Source: Actinomycetes bacterium
GTDB taxonomy: Bacteria; Actinomycetota; Acidimicrobiia; Acidimicrobiales; CADCSY01
Direction of reading: 5' to 3'
Assembly: GCA_031398745.1 (NCBI GenBank)
Contig: JANNNX010000007.1
Location: 8,844-72,843, forward strand
DNA length: 64,000 nucleotides
Shown piece after piece: positions 54,143 through 64,000 of this stretch; the stretch's first letter is position 1; the number at the start of each line of letters is the position of its first letter. A model generated the notes under the pieces. That model did no database searches and was not told the DNA's origin. It saw only the letters and a list, made by a program, of their open reading frames with translations. The position numbers were made by a program, and so were the translations under genes.

Positions 54143-56577
<2,435 letters not shown>

Positions 56578-56584
56578 GGCTCGA

Positions 56585-58135
56585 TCAGTCCTCGACGCGG
56601 GCCGTGTCGGCGTCGACCACGGCGGTGGCGACGAACTGCTCGACGAAACCGGCGATGCCGGCCCGGAAGGCGTCCTCGTCGGGGATGGACCCGCCGGTGC
56701 GGATGGCCTCGAGCACGTCGGCGTGGCGGCTGCGGAACCAGTCGAGCAGCTCGAGCTCGAAGCGACGCACGTCCTCGACCGACACCCCGTCGAGGTAGCC
56801 CCGGGTCGCCGCGAACAGCGAGACGACCTGCTCCTCGACCCGCATGGGCTGGCCCTGGGGCTGCTTGAGGAGCTCGGTGAGCCGGTAGCCCCGATCGAGC
56901 TGGGCCTGGCTGACCTTGTCCAGCTCGGAGCCGAAGGCGGCGAACGCCTCGAGCTCACGGAACTGGGCCAGGTCGGTCTTGAGGGTGCCCACGGCCGTCT
57001 TCATGGCCTTGATCTGGGCGGCCGAGCCGACCCGGGAGACCGAGATGCCCACGTCGATGGCCGGCCGGACGCCCGACTTGAACAGGTCGTCCTGCAGGTA
57101 CACCTGGCCGTCGGTGATCGAGATCACGTTGGTCGGGATGTAGGCCGAGACGTCACCGGCCTTGGTCTCGATCACCGGCAGGGCGGTGAGCGAGCCGGCA
57201 CCCCGGTCGTCGCTGAGCTTGGCCGCCCGCTCCAGCAGGCGGGAGTGGAGGTAGAAGACGTCGCCCGGGTAGGCCTCGCGGCCCGGCGGGCGGCGCAGCA
57301 GCAGGGCGATCTGGCGGTAGGCCTCGGCCTGCTTGGACAGGTCGTCGTAGACGATGAGGGCGTGCTCGCCGTTCTCCATCCAGTGCTGGCCCATGGCGCA
57401 GCCGGAGTAGGGGGCGAGGTACTTGAACGGCGCCGAGTCGCCGGCCGGGGCCGAGACCACCACCGTGTACTCCATGGCCCCGGCCTCTTCCAGGGTGGCC
57501 ACCGTCTGGGCCACGGTCGAACCCTTCTGGCCGACGGCGACGTAGATGCACTTCACGCCCAGGCCCCGCTGGTTGATGATCGTGTCGATCGCAACGGTGG
57601 TCTTGCCCGTCTTGCGGTCACCGATGATGAGCTCGCGCTGGCCACGGCCGATCGGGGTCATGGCGTCGATGGCCTTGATCCCGGTCTGGAGCGGCTCGTG
57701 CACCGGCTTGCGCCCGGTGATGCCGGGGGCCTGGATCTCCATGCGCCGCAGCTGGGAGCCGGTCAGGGGGCCCTGGCCGTCGATGGGCGTGCCCAAGGCG
57801 TCGACCACCCGGCCGAGCAGGGCGTCGCCCACCGCCACCTGGAGGATGTCGCCGGTGGCCCGCACCGACTGGCCCTCCTCGATGTGGTTCACGTCGCCCA
57901 GGACCACGGCCCCGATCGACTCCTCGTCGAGGTTCAGGGCCAGGCCCAGGGTCCCGTCCTCGAACTCGAGGAGCTCGTTGACCGCCGCGTTGGGGAGGCC
58001 GCTCACCCGGGCGATGCCGTCACCGACCTCGAGGATGCGCCCGACCCGGGCCACCTCGGTGGTCAGGTCGAAGCCGGCCAGGTTGGCCCGGAGGGCGTCC
58101 GCGATCCCCTCTGCCGACAGCGTCAGCTCAGCCAT
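56585..58135 (-). CDS. atpA: F1 ATP synthase alpha subunit
   Basis: [57 protein letters not shown] and [22 protein letters not shown] blocks. Confidence 0.97.
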   Translation of the reverse strand: MAELTLSAEGIADALRANLAGFDLTTEVARVGRILEVGDGIARVSGLPNAAVNELLEFEDGTLGLALNLDEESIGAVVLGDVNHIEEGQSVRATGDILQVAVGDALLGRVVDALGTPIDGQGPLTGSQLRRMEIQAPGITGRKPVHEPLQTGIKAIDAMTPIGRGQRELIIGDRKTGKTTVAIDTIINQRGLGVKCIYVAVGQKGSTVAQTVATLEEAGAMEYTVVVSAPAGDSAPFKYLAPYSGCAMGQHWMENGEHALIVYDDLSKQAEAYRQIALLLRRPPGREAYPGDVFYLHSRLLERAAKLSDDRGAGSLTALPVIETKAGDVSAYIPTNVISITDGQVYLQDDLFKSGVRPAIDVGISVSRVGSAAQIKAMKTAVGTLKTDLAQFRELEAFAAFGSELDKVSQAQLDRGYRLTELLKQPQGQPMRVEEQVVSLFAATRGYLDGVSVEDVRRFELELLDWFRSRHADVLEAIRTGGSIPDEDAFRAGIAGFVEQFVATAVVDADTARVED

Positions 58136-58186
58136 GTCGATCCTCGTTCCGTGTCGCCTGAGCGGGCCGCCAGGCAGCGCCCGCGT

Positions 58187-58720
58187 TCACTGGAGGTGCG
58201 CCCGGAGCCGGTCGAGCCGGGTCCGCACCGTGCCGTCGATCACCGTGTCGCCGATCTCGGCGACCAGGCCGCCGAGCACGCTGGGGTCGACCAGGACCTT
58301 GACCTCCACCGACTTGCCGGTGGCTCGTCCCAACGCCTCGGCCAGGCGGGTCCGCTGGCCCTCGTCGAGCGGCACCGCCGAGCGCACCTCGGCCACCACG
58401 TGCTGGCGCTCGGCCGCGGCCAGCTCGACCACCCGGTCGACGATGGCCGGCAGGTCGCGGGCCCGCCCGGCGGTCACCACCAGGTTCACCAGGCTCACCG
58501 TCGCCTGCGACGCCTGGGCCCCGAGCAGATCGGCGATGACCCCGAGGCGGCGGCCCACCGGGATGGCGGCGTCGGTCAGCGTCTCCCGCAGTTCGTCGCT
58601 GCCCTCGAAGGCCCGGGCGAAGCGGAAGAGCTCGTCCTCGATCTCGTCGAGATCGCCCTCGGCCCGAGCCACCTCGAACGCGGCCCGGGCATAGGCCTCG
58701 ATGCGGTGCTGGTCGGCCAC
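58187..58720 (-). CDS. atpH: F1 ATP synthase delta subunit (OSCP)
   Basis: 177 aa. ...VVAEVRSAVPLDEGQRTRLAEALGRATGKSVEVKVLVDPSVLGGLVAEIGDTVIDGTVRTRL. Confidence 0.9.
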   Translation of the reverse strand: MADQHRIEAYARAAFEVARAEGDLDEIEDELFRFARAFEGSDELRETLTDAAIPVGRRLGVIADLLGAQASQATVSLVNLVVTAGRARDLPAIVDRVVELAAAERQHVVAEVRSAVPLDEGQRTRLAEALGRATGKSVEVKVLVDPSVLGGLVAEIGDTVIDGTVRTRLDRLRAHLQ

Positions 58721-58722
58721 GG

Positions 58723-59415
58723 CTACGCGGTGCCCCCGGCCCCGGCACCCGCCCCGAGGCTGTTGATGTAGTCCTCGATGAGGCGGAGGTTGGCGTCACG
58801 GTCGAGGTTCGCCCCCACGACCCGCTCGGCCAGATCGATGGCCAGCGTCGACACCTGGCCCTGGACCTCGGCCAGCACCCGCTGGCGCTCGCCCTCGACC
58901 TGGTCGGCGTTGCGCCGGCGCAGTTCCTCGGCCTCGGCCTCGGCCCGGGTGGTGAGCTCCCGACGGAGGGCCTCGGCGCTCTGACGGGCCTCGTCGATGA
59001 TCCGGCCGGCCTCGGCGCGGGCTTCGGCGAGCTGAGCCCGGTACTGCCCGAGGAGTGCCTCGGCTTCGCTCCGGGACCGCTCGGCGCTGTCGATCTCACC
59101 CTGGATCGTGGCCGTGCGGGCCTCCATGGCCTTCTTCGCTGCCGGGTAGCCGTAGACGCTGAGGAAGCCGAACACGATCACGAACGCGATCGATCCCCAG
59201 ATGATCTCGTTGGTCTCGGGCAGGAGCGGGTTGGGCGCCTCCTGGCAGTCGTCGATGGTCCCGCCCTCCTCGAGGAGGTGGATGCACTCCTCCTCGGCGT
59301 GGGCGATCTCGGGCTCGGCGCCGGTCTCGGCTTCGGCCGCCCAGGCCGCCGAGGCCGGTCCGGCCACGGCCACCACGACGGCGGCCGCGCCGACGATCAG
59401 TCGGATGCGTCGCAT
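58723..59415 (-). CDS. atpF: Fo ATP synthase b subunit with a roughly 60-aa N-terminal signal-like and acidic Cys-pair extension
   Basis: NPLLPETNEIIWGSIAFVIVFGFLSVYGYPAAKKAMEART, followed by a long coiled coil. The N-terminus is MRRIRLIVGAAAVVVAVAGPASAAWA...EEECIHLLEEGGTIDDCQ. Confidence 0.85.
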   Translation of the reverse strand: MRRIRLIVGAAAVVVAVAGPASAAWAAEAETGAEPEIAHAEEECIHLLEEGGTIDDCQEAPNPLLPETNEIIWGSIAFVIVFGFLSVYGYPAAKKAMEARTATIQGEIDSAERSRSEAEALLGQYRAQLAEARAEAGRIIDEARQSAEALRRELTTRAEAEAEELRRRNADQVEGERQRVLAEVQGQVSTLAIDLAERVVGANLDRDANLRLIEDYINSLGAGAGAGGTA

Positions 59416-59423
59416 GCTGGCTC

Positions 59424-61266
<1,843 letters not shown>

Positions 61267-61339
61267 GGTCCTGGAGGAGGTTCCTGGAGGAGGTCGAGGA
61301 GGACGAGCCAGCCGTGGCTGGGCTCGTGAAAGTGTTCTC

Positions 61340-61368
61340 AATCTAAAGCCGGTTCGCGAGAGGTGCAA
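61340..61368 (-). promoter_or_regulatory. candidate sigma70-type promoter of the atp operon
   Basis: The minus strand reads TTGCAC (61368-61363), exactly 17 nt, then TAGATT (61345-61340). It sits in the only GC-poor patch of the spacer and implies a leader of about 65-70 nt. Confidence 0.35.
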
Positions 61369-61414
61369 ACCTGACGTTGCCCACGTCGGAGGCCCATGGC
61401 ACCATCGTCGGCCC

Positions 61415-63535
61415 GTGGCCTACACCCTCGATCTGCCGCCCGAGGACCGTGCCCGCTCGCCGATCACCGGCTGGACCCGAGCCCACTGGGAGGCGGTCGC
61501 CGACCACCTCCTCGACAGCCTCGGGCCGTGGTGGTCGCCGGCCCAGGCCCGCATCGACCTCCCCGGCCGGGCCAGTGCCGCGGGGCCGGCCAGCGATGGG
61601 CTCGAGGCCTTCGCTCGGAGCTTCGTTCTGGCCGCCTACCGGGCCGCGGACGGGAGCCCGGCCGGGCAGACCCGCCTGGCCCGCTACCGCGAGGGACTGG
61701 CCGTAGGAACCGACCCGACCGCGGCCGAGGCGTGGCCCACTCCCCAGGTGGCCCGCCAGAGCCTGGTCGAGGCCGCCTCGCTGGTCACCGCCCTGGCCGC
61801 GCTCGGCCGCCCGTTCTGGGACGACCTCGACGACCGCACCCGCCACCATGTCGCCGAGTGGCTCCAGGGCGGGCTCCAGCTGCCGCTGCGGTCGCTCCCG
61901 ACCAACAACTGGCTCCTCTACCCGGTTCTCATCGAGGCCTTCCTCCGATCGGTCGGGGTCGCACCGGTGGCGCGCCCCAGCGACGAGGCACTGGCACTGA
62001 TCGAGTCGTTCCACGTCGCCGACGGCTGGTACCGCGACGGGCCGGGCGACGCCTTCGACCACTACGGCGCCTGGTCGATCCACCACCATCTGGCGACCTG
62101 GCTGCGCATCCAGGGTTCGGCCGCCGATCCGGACGTGGTGGCCACGCTGGGGGCGCGGCGCCGGGCCTTCCTCGACGCCTATTGCGACCTCTTCGGCACC
62201 GACGGCGCTCCGCTGCACCACGGGCGCTCGCTCCCCTACCGCACCGCCACCGCCGGGCCGTTCTGGCTGGCCGCCCTCGACGGCGACTCCCCTCTGAGTG
62301 CGGGGGCCACCCGCCGCCTGGCGTCGGGCGTGCTCCGCCACTTCGTCGACCGGGGGGTCGGAGTCGACGGGCCACTCAGCCTCGGCTGGTACGACGAGTG
62401 CCTGGCGCTCACCCAGCGCTGGGCCGGACCAGGCTCGCCCTACCTGGCCAGCCTGGGCTTCGCTGGGCTGCTCGCGCCGCCCGACCACGCCCTGTGGACC
62501 GCGCCCGAAGAGCCGCTGCCGCTCGACGTGGGCGACGTGTCCCGGACCATCGCGGCCACCGGGTGGGTGGTGTCGGGCACCGCCGCCGACGGCATCGTTC
62601 GGGTGGCCAACCACGGTGCCGACCACCACCCCTTCCCGGTCGAGCGGGACGACAACCCGCTCTACCGCAAGCTCATCTACAGCACCGCCACCGGCCCGGG
62701 CCTGGGCCTGGCCGACACGCACGACATCGACGCCACCGTGACCGTCCTGGGCGACGACGACGCTCTCCTCCTGCGGTCGCGGTGGACAACCGTGGCGTCC
62801 GGCGACGGCTGGGCCATCTCCCGCACCGTGGCCGAGGCTCGCTCGCCCGGGAGCCGGGCCGTGCTGGCGGCCACCGTCGCCCGCTACGAGGGGGCGCTGG
62901 TCCGGCGGGTCCCGCCGCTGCGACTGCTCCCCCGGCGCCGGCTGCTCCGCCGCCTCCTCGGCCCCCCGGCAGTGCCGCCTTCGGGCTACGACCAGATCGA
63001 GACGTGCAGCGTCCTGCGGGGCGACGTCGAGGTCCGGGTCCACCACCTCTCGACCCTCGATCTGCGCAGCCTGCGCGACGGTGGTGCCATGGTGGCGGCA
63101 AGCCAGGAGGTGGCCACCGACCACGGCCCGGGGTGGGCCCGGGTGACCAGCAGCAACGGCTTGACCAGCGTGGCCGTGGCTCTCCACGGCGGTCGCCGGT
63201 CCAGCGCGCCGGGCTACGACGACGCCAACGCCTTCGGCCCCCGGGCCGCGGCGCCGGGGTTGGTGTCGGCGCCGATCGTGGCCCAAGGCCTGGTGGCCTC
63301 GGCGTTCGTCCTCCGGCGAGGCCACTGCGACCCGACCGAGCTCGCCGCGTCGGTCGCCTTCCGTCCCGTCGGCCGGCGGGCCGGCGTGCTCGAGTGGGCC
63401 GACGGCGAGCGCTTCCTGGTCTGTCTGGGGGTTCCCGAGGCGCTGTCCCACGGCCTCGACGGCGTGCCCGAGGACCGCCCGCTGCGGGCCGCCCGGCTGC
63501 GCCCGGGATTCCCCCCGCAGCTCTGGCCGGCCTGA
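61415..63535 (+). CDS. DUF2264 domain protein
   Basis: SPITGWTRAHWEAVADHLLDSL, DGLEAFARSFVLAAY, NNWLLYPVLIEAFL and DGWYRDGPGDAFDHYGAWSIHHHL blocks. The start is uncertain (GTG 61415 chosen). Confidence 0.7.
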   Translation: MAYTLDLPPEDRARSPITGWTRAHWEAVADHLLDSLGPWWSPAQARIDLPGRASAAGPASDGLEAFARSFVLAAYRAADGSPAGQTRLARYREGLAVGTDPTAAEAWPTPQVARQSLVEAASLVTALAALGRPFWDDLDDRTRHHVAEWLQGGLQLPLRSLPTNNWLLYPVLIEAFLRSVGVAPVARPSDEALALIESFHVADGWYRDGPGDAFDHYGAWSIHHHLATWLRIQGSAADPDVVATLGARRRAFLDAYCDLFGTDGAPLHHGRSLPYRTATAGPFWLAALDGDSPLSAGATRRLASGVLRHFVDRGVGVDGPLSLGWYDECLALTQRWAGPGSPYLASLGFAGLLAPPDHALWTAPEEPLPLDVGDVSRTIAATGWVVSGTAADGIVRVANHGADHHPFPVERDDNPLYRKLIYSTATGPGLGLADTHDIDATVTVLGDDDALLLRSRWTTVASGDGWAISRTVAEARSPGSRAVLAATVARYEGALVRRVPPLRLLPRRRLLRRLLGPPAVPPSGYDQIETCSVLRGDVEVRVHHLSTLDLRSLRDGGAMVAASQEVATDHGPGWARVTSSNGLTSVAVALHGGRRSSAPGYDDANAFGPRAAAPGLVSAPIVAQGLVASAFVLRRGHCDPTELAASVAFRPVGRRAGVLEWADGERFLVCLGVPEALSHGLDGVPEDRPLRAARLRPGFPPQLWPA

Positions 63536-63560
63536 GCCCCGAGTCGGCGCCGGCGAGCGG

Positions 63561-64000
63561 TCAGCCGGTCCCGGTGCCCCGTCGGCGGGCGCGGGCCTGG
63601 CGACGGACCGAGCGCACCCGGCCCCGCCAGTCGAGCTCGGGCCGGAAGTGCAGGATCCAGGCCCGCCGGACGCCGTCGGAGCGGTTGGGTCCGGTGTAGT
63701 GGAGCGTGCCGGGCGTGTGCAGCGTCACCCCGCCCACCGGGATGGGGCAGGCCACGGCCTGGGTCGGGTCGACGTGGTCGGTCTCCAGCACCGAGGTCCG
63801 GGGATCGTGGTTGCGGCGGTGGTGGCCCACCACCTCGCGGTGTGACCCCCCGATGAAGTGCATGCAGCCGTTCTCGAGGGTGGCGTCCTGGAGAGGCAGC
63901 CAGATGTGGACGGCCGGCCGCAGCACGGGGCCCTCCGGCAGGTAGACCGCGTCCTGGTGCCACGAGGTGGCGGCGTCGTTGTGGGCCGGCTTGTAGATGG
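63561..64000 (-). CDS. phytanoyl-CoA dioxygenase (PhyH) family Fe(II)/2-oxoglutarate oxygenase; 5-prime end lies beyond the window
   Basis: The frame stays open to the window edge: IYKPAHNDAATSWHQDAVYLPEG (HxD) ... ENGCMHFIGGSH ... GGVTLHTPGTLHYTGPN. Confidence 0.75.
   Translation of the reverse strand, partial: IYKPAHNDAATSWHQDAVYLPEGPVLRPAVHIWLPLQDATLENGCMHFIGGSHREVVGHHRRNHDPRTSVLETDHVDPTQAVACPIPVGGVTLHTPGTLHYTGPNRSDGVRRAWILHFRPELDWRGRVRSVRRQARARRRGTGTG

Overview
This is a 64-kb window of very high-GC chromosomal DNA. Hand counts of single 60-nt lines give about 73% GC in ordinary stretches. It has Actinomycetota hallmarks: many GTG starts, frequent 4-nt GTGA/ATGA stop-start overlaps, a PASTA Ser/Thr kinase, GlgE-pathway genes and LLM/PPOX-type enzymes. 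I cannot place it more precisely from sequence alone.

Most of the window is core housekeeping. It carries phoX, ilvD, a MATE exporter, gatCAB, a DAGK-like lipid kinase, pknB-like, ligA, iscS-mnmA, and an alpha-glucan block (galT-like, glgB, glgE, ABC1 kinase, glgP). It also carries glpX and a complete F1Fo ATP synthase operon (two atpI/atpZ-like genes, then atpB-E-F-H-A-G-D-C). I found no tRNA, rRNA, CRISPR array, transposase or integrase.

The observations that stand out:
1. A conserved MoxR / DUF58 / DUF4350 / DUF4129 / membrane-protein operon of unknown function, with a divergent RDD / SpoIIM-like gene pair. The divergent spacer is filled with a GTCCCCAC repeat array; its complement (GGGGACGT)4 fits the G-quadruplex pattern.
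2. mnmA is broken by a perfect 41-bp tandem duplication, and the DUF58 gene has a 1-nt frame break.
3. Several other perfect short tandem duplications (24, 21, 15 and 13 nt periods).
4. A 1.25-kb islet of 50-60% GC with small membrane-protein ORFs, wedged into the glucan cluster.
5. A roughly 56-bp palindromic element with a conserved asymmetric core, present twice in opposite orientation.
6. Unusual architectures: a J-domain protein inside a peptidase/hydrolase operon, a 2H-phosphoesterase-GNAT fusion, and a UvrD-like helicase with a long N-terminal extension and HRDC.

All family calls rest on motif recognition in the supplied translations. No database search was run. Start codons are my best choices and several are uncertain.
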